A DNA stretch of 60,667 nucleotides, counting the filler, from Sphacelaria rigidula (taxonomy: Eukaryota): the NCBI GenBank assembly GCA_964200075.2. It is 5 parts of 5 records of this genome, joined end to end, with 100 filler letters (N's around TTAATTAATTAA, not from the genome) between each part and the next. Parts side by side here need not be neighbours in the genome. Positions count along the whole stretch, not along the records: positions 1 to 12,055 come from CAXNAA020004185.1; 4 more parts are not named here. One strand, 5' to 3'. The translations under genes and the position numbers were made by a program. Shown piece by piece: positions 1 through 12,155 of the stretch; the first letter of the stretch is position 1; each line of letters opens with the position of its first letter. The notes under the pieces are model-generated. The model did no database searches, was not told the origin of the DNA, and was given only the letters and a program-made list of their open reading frames with translations.

Positions 1-641
1 ATCTAGGTGCGATTAGCGTACAATATGCTGCCTGATTTAGGGCCGAGGCTCTGGAGAGTAGGAGACGCGCGCACTGCGCCAAGTGTAAAGGGGGTTTTAG
101 TGGGTCGGACCCCGACGCTGCCTTGAGCAAAGCTTTCAAGGGTCGGAAAAATCCATGATTCGTCTGGAAATTACTTGGTTTTGGTGTAATTGATTCGAAT
201 CGTACGAATCAATCCCTAGGCTTTGTTTTCAGCGTTGCAACCCAGGTACACGCAGCCCAGACTCGTTGAATGGCGCAAAAGTTGCGTGGATACCAGCGGT
301 CAACATGTTTCTGCCTTTTGGGCAATCAGGCCAAAGAAATCGTGGATTTGGTGATTCGTAGTCATGATAATTCGTCCTAACCGTGAAAGCTTTCGACAGC
401 TCGCCTACCCCACATGACTGCCGCGAGGCAGTCTGGCCAAGCCTTCAAGTAGTCGGCACACTTGCCCGCTTGTGGGGTAAGTGTAGGGTCAGGTTTCTCC
501 CTTCTTTTAAGGGGGAATATATATATATATATATATACACATACAAGGTCCCCCTTCGGGAGGTTGGTACGGGCCTTCTGGGGGTGACTCAAGTCGAAAA
601 TATATATTTTGTCAAGTTTTCCACGATCGATCTTGAAGAGG

Positions 642-857
642 CTTTTGTGGTTCGGGATCGATAACCCGCCAAAAAGGGCCAGTTTGAGCGACATTCGGTG
701 GCCAGAACACGCGACACAAGTATCAGATGGCGCCCAAACCTGAACGGTAATGTACCGCTGAGCCTTCTCGGTGCGCTGCAACAGGACGTGTGGGAAAAAA
801 TGCCTTACCGCCAAAGAAAATTCGGCAAAAGCGGTGAAAATGTGAAATGATACATGT
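642..857. repeat. Dispersed ~220-bp repeat, copy 1 (probable non-autonomous TE fragment)
   Basis: Directly aligns with 1739-1960; shared blocks tggccagaacacgcg, cccaaacctgaacggtaatgtaccgctg, gtgaaatgatacatgt. Confidence 0.85.
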
Positions 858-1738
858 GCATGATATACATTGCGCGTAAAAGCACTGACAGCGCTTGCAC
901 GACGGTGCCTCCTGAAGTGAGTACCTCTGCAGGCGACACCAAGATAGGTACCGCGGAAAATGACATCATCCAGAGTGTACCCAATACGGATCGATGCTCG
1001 TTTGCAGGGGCAGGAGCCACTCAGCAGGTCATGATGTGGAAGTGAGCGCATCTGCGTGTCCATAGATGCATTCGCTGACGTCTCACACAGTGTGGGTCGA
1101 GGGGACTCCGTTTTGAGGGCGTATCGATGACATTGGCCAGAGTCCGTTTTCACTTCGAGCGTCTGGCGCACCACGTAAAACGTGCCGCCGATCCGGGAAT
1201 ATGCTGTCTGTGTTGTGGTCTACCCCTGTGCCGATTTTCAGGCTGGTTCGTTCAGACACGGCGAAGAAATCCACAAGCAAAGTAACGCTTGACGTGTACT
1301 CAAAATACAGAACTAATAAGCCGTCGAAAGATACATGAGGTGCGTACTCGTATGATTCTCCCTGCCATCCCTGTCACAAGGATATCCCTGCGCCACTACT
1401 TCACAAGTGCATCCTACGGGTTGCATGATCACGGGGATTTCGGCACCCCGCTTTGCTGGTTTTACACGGTTGACTCACAGTGGGGACGTTTTCCCACGTG
1501 TGTGCCTTGTTCAACCCGTCAAAGGCTCACCGCACGGTCTGGTGTTTGCTGCTGACTACGGCGAAGGTAATGTTCAATTGTTTTCAACTGCATTGCTCTC
1601 ATGTTCTCGTGACATTGGCGGCATAGGCGGTGTACTCATGCTCACAAATGAATGAGAACCCGACGAAGAGAAACACGGGGGAAAAATACCCCGCCAACCA
1701 TCATCCTGCTGCTTGAAGTTTTCATGAACTTGGGAAAG

Positions 1739-1960
1739 CTTTTGTGGTCCGGAATCGACACCCCGCGAAAAAAAGCCAGTGCGGGCGACTTTTGATGGCC
1801 AGAACACGCGCCACAGGTATCAGATGACACCCAAACCTGAACGGTAATGTACCGCTGCGCCTCCTTCGTGCACTGCAAAAGAAAGCGCGTGATGAGAGAT
1901 GCCTTGCCGCCGGAGAAAACTCGGCAAAAAAAGTGGTGAAAAAAGTGAAATGATACATGT
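1739..1960. repeat. Dispersed ~220-bp repeat, copy 2
   Basis: Same orientation as 642-857, with many substitutions. Confidence 0.85.
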
Positions 1961-2139
1961 ACACACACATATATATATGCTCCATGATCCCTGATGCAGA
2001 TGAAGATGTTCGAAGTAAAAATACGTACTATCATTTAGTATACAATTTCAAAAATACTTTTTTTTCTTCCTTCTCTCACACATGTATAAAGCATGATAAA
2101 AAAAATAGCAAAAAAAAAAAAATGAGCAAAGAACCTCAC

Positions 2140-4142
2140 CACCAAGACATGCCCCCGGCCAGCGCTTCCAAGTCGTCGGCATCCTGAAAGTCAAACGCGA
2201 GACCTCTCTTGTTGTTGCACTCTGTTGGCTCCAGGGCTATCGGCTCCGCGGACCCTGATCAAAAAAATGTACGAAAACATGTTCGAAGGGTTGGACGAAT
2301 GATGATTCGTCTTAAGATTGCTTGTCTTTGAGTGCTGTACAATGGTTGATTCGCACGGTAGGGAGAAAAATTCCTGGACTTCATTTTTCACCTTGGGCGC
2401 GCGCACTCTGGACACGTGAAATATCGCAGACTTTGTGTAAGCAACTTCGTGACTCACGATGAAACGTTTCTCTCTTTTTGCGATCGATTAGGCCTCAGAA
2501 ACAAAAAAAAGTCGTGGATTTCGAGATTCGAATCAGCGATGAACGTGTGCGTCCCTTGAAATGTTTCATGCTGCTTTCTCTCGATCTCTCTATTCTTCTC
2601 TCAACGAGCGCAAACATACACACAGTCCCGTGACACAATCACGTTTTTCTTTTTTGGAAAAAGAAAAAAGAAAGCATAACGCGCCAGACGACGACGGAAG
2701 CACGATGAGCAGCCGCCGCGTTTTCACGCGATGTACCGTCTGGACTACGACAGCACAGGGCGGAGCACGCAATTGCCAACCGACAGACACGAACTACGTC
2801 GCACGACGACACACCCCAAAAGAGTTGACGCAACATGTCATGTTCTACGGAAAGCAACGTTTTCTCCTTTTTTTATATATTTTTTGTTGCTTGTGATGTT
2901 TTTCATCTCGCTTCCGGGTTTGAGAGATCGGAGTAATGTGCGGAAAATAATAAATCATAATAACGCGATGTTTTTCGTCTTCATTTTCATCGCATTACAA
3001 TTTGGTCCCTTGGGGCCACTTCTTACGGCGGGCACACATAAAAATGTTGAAAAGGGCCTTTTGGGGGGCTTTTACGTCGCTTTACGCCATAGAAGAGAGC
3101 GTTGTTACAGGCGAATTTCGACACCTTGGAATGCCTCGCTGTACCCGTTAAGACGGTTCCAGTACACCTGTGCGTTTCCATCGTGGTGACTGTTTTTACT
3201 ATGGCCAATCTTGCACTGTTCTCGTGGACCGGTCAAGTCCAGAAAATCTCGGAAAATTTCGGGACTTGACCGGTTCCGAGAACAGTACAAGGTTAGGCAT
3301 ATATATATATATATATACCGCCACCGGGAAAACGCACAGGTGTGCTGGAACCGTCTCAACGAGTAAAACAAGACATTCCAACGTGCGAAAAAAGTCCTTG
3401 CTCTCAAACGCGCTGAAAACAAATATTCTCAAAGTGCGACAAAAAAAAATCTTAACTCTCTTTTACGGCGTAGAATGACGTAAAAGCTTCAAAAAGACAA
3501 TTTTCCATATTTATATTTTTGTCTGCCATAAGAAGCGGCCTCCGTCAAGTGTGGTATCCCCTTAACGTTTTCTCGATGAGGTGTTTCTTTTTATTCTACA
3601 CTCTGATCCTGAGACATTTGCACTCTGAGATGACGAGAAAGCGTTTTACGAAACTCTCTACTAACACCGTCTTGTATGGCAACCAATCTGTGTTTGTACA
3701 AATTTAAGGATCTCAACCTGTCTTCATCAGATTTTCTCACGTGGATTGATTTTTCGCGTCATGCCTGGACCGTCGGCCGGAGGAACTGTTCCTAGGCGAC
3801 GCCCGCAGTCAGAGGGTTGACAGAAAGATTATGTGCAATGTAATGTATACATATACAATGAAACGGTGACGGCGTGGTTCATGATTTTGTTGAACCGTCG
3901 CAAGTTGTGACACAATTTACACACGTATAAGCCCTTGTTGAAAAACCCGAAGATACAGGCCGTATCGCCTGAATTCGCAACAACGTACAGTACCTACCTC
4001 CCCGGGAGAGAATCTCGTAGCACGTGAAATCGTTCGTGTCCTCGAAGGCGGTTGCGCGCCGAGCAGTTGATCCCTTCAAGTAGCACACCGCCTCCGTGTG
4101 GTCGAAAACCGCCACATAGCACGAAACGTGTTCGCAGCACAT
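2140..4142 (-). CDS. Partial multi-exon gene: PAN/Apple-like Cys domain plus the start of a GH128-like (Glyco_hydro_cc) beta-1,3-glucanase domain. Exons 4142-3998, 3791-3741, 2254-2140.
   Basis: Three AG..GT exons with compatible phases (0>1, 1>1, 1>2) translate to MCCEHVSCYVAVFDHTEAVCYLKGSTARRATAFEDTNDFTCYEILSRG-GTVPPADGPGMTRKINP-RSAEPIALEPTECNNKRGLAFDFQDADDLEALAGGMSW(W). KRGLAF...DL.AL..SWW fits the recalled GH128 N-terminal motif. CC-x4-C...CYLK resembles PAN/Apple. The next exon (expected YNW) was not found before position 1, and upstream exons are unresolved. Confidence 0.62.
3014..3540. mobile_element. Foldback/MITE-like ~525-bp imperfect palindrome in a GH128 intron
   Basis: Ends ggccacttcttacggc / gccataagaagcggcc are inverted. 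Inner arms acggttccagtacacctgtgcgttt / aaacgcacaggtgtgctggaaccgt and accggtcaagtcc / ggacttgaccggt converge on ~3250. Confidence 0.8.
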
Positions 4143-4225
4143 CTACCCAGAAGCATGAAAATTCGCACGGAGTTTGGTCATGATTTTTTCACCTGGCATG
4201 TTATGTTGTTGATTAAGCATATTCA

Positions 4226-4264
4226 TTTGTTGTTGTTGTCTCCACATTAAAAACCGTTCCGATA
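4226..4264 (-). mobile_element. 3' tail fragment of a non-LTR retroposon with (CAA)n tail
   Basis: The reverse complement is atcggaacggtttttaatgtggagacaacaacaac; near-identical to 9470-9514 (-) and 8722-8772 (+). Confidence 0.65.
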
Positions 4265-7200
4265 TCTGCGCGGTACATTCGTACTGGGCATCTGATGCGG
4301 ACGCCTTCGGTGGTCACAGGCTAGCTACTGTACCTATAATAAGGTATCCGGAAATGAAACAAAAGAAGAACAAAAAAAAAAGCAGTTCGATGTGTTAATT
4401 CGACAATTTTACTGAAGAATTAGTACAGCGGAAAACAGTTCTTTCTACACCCGATTCAATACGGGTAGTGTTGATTGAATATCATCACGTCGAAGCCCAC
4501 GTCACCGTTGGTGGTACTGCAGTGCAACAATAAACAACGCAAGGGGAAACAACACGGAGATACACATGTGCAAGAACCTGTGGAGCGGGGAGGGGAGAGG
4601 GGAACATAGCGATATTTTCCATGCCCCCGACACCTTCTAATCGGAGAACGACTGTGGGGGAAGGAGAGGGAGGATACTGCAAATGCTACTGTCATTTTTC
4701 ACCGTGTTGCAGCGGTACTGACTGATTATCCAATTAACGCATGAGATGTATGACTGGGCACTGCCTGGGTTGTGAAAAATCAATATTTGGCGTAGAAAAC
4801 GACAATGAGATGTCCATATTTTGTCCGAAACAACCGGCGGGCGAAGGGTTTATGTGTGTGTGGGAGGGTAGGTATGACTTTTGGGAGAAAATTACGTGTC
4901 TTATTGCTACAACACGAAGTGAAAATCATACAATTCTTCATCCTTGTACCCGCAAGGTTGCTCATTCGACCGAAATTAAGGTACAGCAAAAATGAAGACG
5001 ACGACGACGACTTGGATCGTTTTGTAATCGCCCGAGCGCTTGTCGACTTCGATGTCATCATCTGAACACACAGGGACGAGTCGCCAAACATTGAAGGTGA
5101 CGCAAAGAATAATGCACCTACGGTACGAGGCTAGCAGGGTGCGAGCACGTGAGTATCCCTATCCAGTGGACTTCAATAAATAGAAGGAGGAGGGATACCT
5201 CTCCACTCGATACGCTTGGCAGTTTTGCGGGCCGATCGCAAACCGCAAGTGTGCATACCGAACCGTACTGTTTCCACCGACAGCGCGCTGGACAAACTAC
5301 TCGCCAACAGTCATGTTCAGGTAACGCTGTCCCAACCGAGAGCGTTCTCTCCCCCAAATGAGGGATAGCATCTGGATACCACTGTGTTTACCATGGGGCA
5401 CTTTATCAACAAAGCAGCTGCCTCCGCGATTCGTCCCGTTTTACAACATACTAGTAATCTCCTGAGTCCAATATATGACAGTCAATCAATTCGAATTCAT
5501 TATTTCCCAGGTGTGGGATGAACGCGGTGTCAGACACGACCCGCAAAACGACCGTTTGGTCCGTGGCCAGGGGCTCGGCGGAGGCTGCGCATGTTGACGC
5601 TACTGTTGTACTGTACAGTGGTTTGCTGACATCTCGAATATAGATGTTCACGATATTGCTCGGTATGTCCATTCTTACGGTTGTGTCTCAGTGACTGTAC
5701 CGAGTGGGTGACCATACGACGCCTGTAAGTGCGTAACGCTGACCTTAAGCCCAACCTAATGACGTGGGCATGATATCATTTCCGGTTTTACGGGCCGATC
5801 ACGTATACTGTACGTGTTTTGCGTCCGAACCATGACATTCCGGTGTTCTGTGAAATCTGTTCGATTCAGGCCAAGAGGCGTTCTGCGCACGTTGTGGGGG
5901 CACCCGGGACTGTCAGCACTCGGAACTTCGGAATGTGACAGTCTACGTCATAAACCTCCTGTTCATTCAACCCCTTAGTGTAGCAGGTTTGTGTTTCGGT
6001 GACAGTGTATGATGTTCTATTGTAACACATACATATCGGAGATCGGTGAAGACGATATAAATATGAACATATTACCATTATACATCATTTACCGAGAGCG
6101 CAGCGAGCCCCACGAGCACAGTGAGGGATCGAGCCAAGCCGAGGGAGCTCGTTGTGCGAACCCCAACCCCTCCCCCCCTCTTTGGTGAGGGGGCTCCGCC
6201 GGAGGCAACAGAATTGTGCGTTTTCGTTTCATTTCCCATCAAAATTGGTCCAAAGAGCGCCATCAGATTAGGTGATGTGCAGGCAGCTGAAGGCAGCAAA
6301 AACGTTACCACGTGATAACATCATTTCTTCATGTAGCACTGTCGAGATGGCCATACGAGGAATACTGGTGGGGTGGGGAGCTGGTTCTGTCCGTTGACAA
6401 GAGGGCACCGGCGTACAGATTCCGTGGAAAACTCATCTCATTCTCGTGTGTCTTCCAGGATTGACTACTCGTAGTGGTTCACTTTTTATTTCTATTTTGC
6501 GGGGGCCACCGCCAGCAGGGGCCGCATCGTGTTGCACATAGGGGCGTCAGTCGCTTGATTTTTAGAACTCTTCAGTGAGCGCTGTAACAGTGCGTACTTG
6601 TGGTCTACAGCTGTGACATAAACGCGTCGGCTGGCGTGCTGCGTGATGATGCGACATACGAAACTATCAATGAATCCCCTGTTTTCCTCTTTAGTTGTTA
6701 TATGCTTTTTCACTCTGTATCCATCAACACCCCTCAAACTATCGCTTGAACTACGAGTATCGGTCCGATTGCCCTGCGTTCGATACAGTACAGTGCCGGC
6801 CCATTCTGACCAAAAAAACTGCAGTCTAATTCTTACTCTGGTCATTTCTTTTCCTAGCCATTTCTTTTCCCAGCCCAGCAATCCCTTCATGTTTCTTATG
6901 CCAGGTATTCTTCATACATATGTACGAACTCTCGTTGCATGGTATTGATCGATCTCCTTCTAATCCATTTCTTACGGCAAATTTCTTAGTTTTTCGATAA
7001 TTCGAGGGCCAGTGTCTTCCGAAGGCATTTCTTATGAGCGGGCGGGCTCTGTACTTACATAATATACTTGTCGACCGATCAAGGGTTTGTAGGGAGAGTA
7101 TTTTCGGGCACGGAGCCCCCCCCCTCCTCCTGGTGAAAATATATCTACATAGCCCAACGGACACGGCGAAAAATTTCAAACTGTGAAATTGGGTGGGGAA

Positions 7201-7589
7201 CCTGGACCTGCCGGAAAGAAGGAAAAGATAAAAAAGCAGTAGTCGAGTGGAGGAGGAAGTGGATGCACAGAATTGCCCCTGTGGCGCAATAAACAGCAAA
7301 ACTCATGCAGTGGCAGAATGTGAACTATACGAGGAGGGACGGGACGCGCTAGAGAGGGAAATGCGGGACGTGAACAAAGGCGGCATGCTATCGTTTGATC
7401 CATTAGACAGTATATAGTATATAGGGAGAAATCGATGGCGAAACAGGACGAGGATGAGGTATGGAAAAGGTTTTTGCGTAGTGTATGGAAGAAACGTAGT
7501 GAGGACTTAAATGTTGCTGTTGTCTCAAATAGGAGTAGGAATGCTGCTCCGTTTCGAAAGGGATGGGTGGTCAATGATCAAACGACTAA

Positions 7590-8120
7590 GGTGAGCAACG
7601 AATACGTACGACCCCCCCCGCCCTCCAGGGGGCAATGTTTCGAAAATTGTCATGTTTTTTTTTCTTCTTTTTCTGTCAGTATTGTTGAAGAAACCGATCA
7701 AGAAACACTGACAAAAAGTCTGGTGGGCTTTGCGAGGTTCGTATATTTGCTTCTTCTCCTTGCCCGCTCTGTCCCCATAACCTCGGATGCCGGCCACGCT
7801 CACACACATGTATGCACACGAGCGCACGGGAGCGACAGCCTGCAGTCGAACTAGCAACATTATCTCACACCTCGCCAAACTCGCCCGGACTACTGGCTGG
7901 TCTACTGGTAGGGATTCGAGGCACACGACACGGAAAATGATCCCATGAATGTAAATACGGTAAATGGTGGGCTTGGGTGGGCGGCGCGTCCGCGATCTCA
8001 TCGGTCTCCATGCCAAGGATCGCTGTACACGGCGGCTGACGACATCCGCCAGCGCCTCGGCAATAAACGAGGGGACAGCAGGCTACCCCCCCCCCCCCCC
8101 CCCCCCCCACAACCCCCCAA
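7590..8120 (+). mobile_element. MITE-like dispersed element, same family as 33790-34442
   Basis: About 500 bp align to the reverse complement of 33860-34400 (e.g. cattatctcacacctcgcca, tccgccagcgcctcggcaataaac). A copy of the family TIR (agggtttgtagggagagtattttcgggcacggagcccc) lies at 7082-7120. Confidence 0.75.
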
Positions 8121-8617
8121 GGTTTTTTTTTTTTTTTTTTCCTCTTTTTGTCNNNNNNNNNNCTTCCTCTCTTTCCTCTGTTTTTCCTTTCCCCTCCCCC
8201 CCACAAAAAACCTCAAGAGTTTTTTTTTTTTTTTTCCCAACCTGGGGCCCCACCCTTGAACCAATAGTATCAAGTGTACCGATGTCGATACACGGCCCTA
8301 CAGCATAGGGAAAAACTTGTCATACACTCGCGTGCGTCGGTAAGATTCTAGCGCGAAGTGGCGTTGCGGTATTGCAACATCGCATAATTTACACCCGTCT
8401 TCGGCGTGTGGCACATTCCTTGTGTCAACAGTTACCGCGGTATGGTATACCGAGAGCTACTCCAGTACTAGCTAATGGTCTCGGTTCCTGAGGGATTGTG
8501 GGGGTATATATCCATCCTATTCGATCCTTTTTCCTTAGGCAATACTGTATGCTCCTCATGGACACATGGTTCAAATAACTAACAACTGATCGTCTAGAAG
8601 ATTCTTGATTGTGGTTT

Positions 8618-11116
8618 TCATTTGTGCTTGGCTTCGCGTGTCGAGTGAGAGCAATGGGCTCTGTTTCCATCATCCGAATGGTTGCCTGCGTCCGCATCAC
8701 GACCACAAGGTACTGCACAGATTCGGAACGGTTTTTGATGTGCAGAAAGGAACAGCAACAACAGCAACAACAGTATAGTACAGTACAGTGAAGACAAATC
8801 GTGTAAAAAAGCTTTTCCGGGGAGGCCTCTCACCAGCCGGAGGGGCGACGGTGGTCGCGGCTTCGCTGTGATTAATGTCGCACTGACAGGATACAGGATC
8901 CAGTGTGTATTCGGGATCTGGACGGTTGCGCTAGTACCCTACACTACATTTTCATCTCGTCGTTGTTCGAGTACAAAAACCATTATATTGACAGGCAGTT
9001 ACTTTTCACATGTTTCCATCCATTTCCATCCATGATGTATACTTTTACTGTATAAAATGTATAAAACTACGGATGAAAATGGACGACAGTATCAAAAATA
9101 CAACTCATGAACCCTTATTTTGGGACCGGACCCCCGGAAACATGTGGTTTGCACGCAGGGGCGTTTACGTGAATCGGCATCACTTTTACTTGGAAACAAT
9201 TAAAATTGTCCAGATGGACAAAAAGGCTACCGATTCAGAAGAAGGGTCCTTGCGTGCAAACCACATGTTTCTGGAAATCCGGTCCCAAAAGGGAGGTACT
9301 GTATCTCAAACCCGAGGTTCCCGGCGTGTGAAACTGTAAATTACTTCCTCCTGTGTTGACCTTCCTCCTCTGTGACCTCGGCTGATGTGCCCACATATAC
9401 TGAAATGTGTGGACCGGCGTCCATAATAGATGGCACGAGACCACACACACACACCAGGAACCTCGAGTGTGTTGTTGTTGTTGTTGTTGTCTTCACATTA
9501 AAAACCGTTCCGATAGTGTGAGATTAGCTTTATTGGTGCAACAGTCTTATCGTAATTTAAAGACGACAACCAAGTGAACGGCTTTCTCCCCCCAAACTGT
9601 AACTGCAGCCAGCTGGAAATACGTTTCAGGAAACGATTTCTGCACTCGGTACCGCACTCAATCACCAGTATCGGCCAAACAGTTTGCATGACCAACCAAT
9701 TCAGGCGACCTCCATGTATCTATCCCTGCACCTGAAAACCTGATCGTAGTTCACCAGAAAAAATATCGTATCCTTTCGTGCCCGTTGATGAGAGGTGTGG
9801 AATAGGGAGGGTCGTGAACTGTACGAGGTACGCTAATGCTGCGATGGTATTGCCTGGCTAACTACTGTCGATCCACTAATTGTGGACTCTTGACGTGGTC
9901 ATCAGCCAAGTCCTTGGCTTTCACCTGAATGCAGTGGTCTTCATTAAACGCGACGACACCGTCCCAGGCGCCGATGGAAAAGGGCGTCACGGCGGAGAGT
10001 GCAGATTCGCCGATACTGGGACCTGCAATATCGATGGGGAACCCCAACGGAAACAATATCAGCAGAAGACAACGCTGCCATTGTAGTCTGCTGTAACGTA
10101 CGAAAAATTATGATCTCATCAAACTCGACACGCGAGCAAAGTTTTAGACCACACACTGCACCACAGCACAGGTGAAATCAAAACGTATGCTGTACTGCGT
10201 ACCAACATTCGCCACATCGTTTCCGGTCACCGGTTGGGTGGCATCGTCAGAGGCCATTTTCAAGTATCTACTGCAGCAGGATTTATTATGCAATAATTTC
10301 CGATTTTGAGAGTTTGATATTCCAGCAGTTGTGTGAGAGTACTTTAGTGCGGAAGTTTTGTGCACTCACACAGGAGGGAGCGCTACAGTGTAAGTGAAGT
10401 GGCTTGTTGTGCTACAGTCTTTGAGAGGCACCGAATCAGAATCAAACTGAGCCCTAACTTGTCCTCGACCTGTCCCGTCGCCCGCGTAGTTTCCGGGCGA
10501 GCACCTCGATTCACAGAAGGTGAGCGGACCTAAAGTCATCTTGCGCTGCCATCTGATAGTACAGTAGAACACCCTCGGAAGCATTTCAAATCCGATTCTA
10601 CTGGATCATTACGAAGCAACTGATCATCGTTTAAAAACTGTTCACTGTTGTCTCAAAGCAATCAGCGTCGACCCGTACGGGCTCACTGGTACTGTGGTGG
10701 GTGTTCTCAAACATCGCACAAAGCTGCGCTGTACTGCTGCGCTGTACTGCCTGCACTAGAGTATATGATGTGCCGCGCGCACTGTTGTGGGCATCATGTG
10801 TGTAATGCCGACGGCACGGTTGTTCCACATAGGGTGTTATTCACCGTATCATGCAGTGAGGTTGTGTACGAAGTTCAAAAGTGCGCTGATGAGCTGTTTC
10901 CATGACGATCCAAGATATTCGTGTCCCATACAACGGCAAGCAGCTTCGCAAGCGACGGCAGTTGGTCATCACGAAACGCGCTGGCAAACAACCATCACAG
11001 TACAGTAACCCACCGTTGTTTGTCATGTGCTCCCGGGTAACCACTTCGCAGGAGTACGCGTCTCCTTCCGTTGGCAGCAGCGCCCCCAACACCAGAGCGG
11101 CCACAGACGCTCTCAT
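8618..11116 (-). CDS. Predicted orphan protein with N-terminal signal peptide. Exons 11116-10845 (optionally split by an in-frame intron 11013-10894), 10552-10370, 10270-10203, 10022-9960, 9731-9666, 9399-9345, 8865-8834, 8712-8618.
   Basis: All introns are GT-AG and phases chain without a stop (2,2,1,1,1,2,1), giving 277 aa, or 237 aa with the extra intron. The start MRASVAALVLGALLPTEGDA|YS looks like a signal peptide. No recognisable domain. The exon-4 donor (ACG|gtgtcg) is the weakest link. Hand-built model. Confidence 0.5.
8722..8772 (+). mobile_element. 3' tail fragment of the same non-LTR retroposon, (CAA/CAG)n tail
   Basis: ttcggaacggtttttgatgtgcagaaaggaacagcaacaacagcaacaaca. Confidence 0.6.
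9470..9514 (-). mobile_element. 3' tail fragment of the same non-LTR retroposon
   Basis: (ttg)n-tcttcacattaaaaaccgttccgata, matching 4226-4264. Confidence 0.65.
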
Positions 11117-11519
11117 GATTCTTCGATCGCCCATCGTGGTGAGGGCAACGGGACAGATTTATTTATGAAAATCTTGAAAAATGACCGTAGCACTTCACCT
11201 CGTTTGGCGTTCAGGCCTATGTAGGCTATCCTGCCGAGCTCGGGCTGGGAGCACGCCAGGGGTCAGGGCAGAAGAAGTATCTCTGGGTTGTGACAGCAGC
11301 AGGACGTACAGATCGACACTCCAAATTCGAACAACCAAAAAAAATCTTTTGACAAAATAACCGTTGTACGTCTATTAGTGGCATCTGTACGTTGGTATAT
11401 GGTTTCGAAGATACGAAGAACGTGCGCGGACGGAATAAAAAACTCGACGTTCCCGACGTATTTCACAGTACATACAGTGATATACAGTAGTTTAACATAC
11501 ATATGGGGAACCTTCCCTT

Positions 11520-11735
11520 ATATCCGACTGGATATTACGTCCAAATATACTGGGAACCTCGAGTTTGACATACCTTGATACAGCTAGACACATCTTGCCG
11601 CCGCGCCCCGGTGGTGTGATGGTCCGAATGTCGCTATAAGAGTGAACCACACCAGCCGGAGATACTCCATCGAGACATCCGTTGTCAAACTCGAGGTTCC
11701 CGGTATATTTTAAGTATAGTGATATACAGTCGAAC
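11520..11735. repeat. Inverted repeat pair (~50-bp arms); a diverged direct repeat follows at ~11800-11860 / 11920-11985
   Basis: aatatactgggaacctcgagtttgaca versus tgtcaaactcgaggttcccggtatatt; aaaatc..ccaaccatccatcctca occurs twice. Confidence 0.7.
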
Positions 11736-12055
11736 ACATATATCGGGAACCTTGGTATATTGTCTATTGTTCTTGCCTTGTGCAAAAAGTAAAGTACTAT
11801 CCTTTCCTTGCCCAAAAAATAAAATCTGTCCAACCATCCAACCATCCATCCTCAGTCAACCTTTAGGTAATTAATTAATTAAATTAAATTAATTAACTTT
11901 ATATTGTCAACTTTTATTGTCTTTCCCTTGTCCAAAAAGTAAAATCCAACCATCCATCCTCAAACAATCTTCAATGTATTAATTAAGGGCAATGGCCTAG
12001 AAAAGGTATACCTTCTCGTTTTTTGCCTAAGAAAGGTACGAAAAATGGCCAGAAA

Positions 12056-12155
12056 NNNNNNNNNNNNNNNNNNNNNNNNNNNNNNNNNNNNNNNNNNNNT
12101 TAATTAATTAANNNNNNNNNNNNNNNNNNNNNNNNNNNNNNNNNNNNNNNNNNNN
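12056..12155. other. Artificial contig linker N44-TTAATTAATTAA-N44
   Basis: 12-mer with stops in all six frames, flanked by exactly 44 N on each side. Confidence 0.98.

Noticed and set aside
377-1174. 265-aa minus-strand ORF
   Set aside because: It runs through a dispersed repeat and a (TA)n tract; not protein-like.
4314-4316. In-frame TGA as selenocysteine in the PAN-domain gene
   Set aside because: Not at an obvious Cys-equivalent position, the same segment also lacks a GT donor, and no SECIS can be assessed.
5511-5597. Possible terminal exon ending GGGCAC* (Rab-like CxC prenylation tail)
   Set aside because: No GTPase exons upstream in the contig, and another frame is equally open.
12100-12111. 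TTAATTAATTAA recurring every ~12.15 kb as a periodic genomic signal
   Set aside because: Always embedded in N44 blocks; a standard six-frame-stop concatenation linker.
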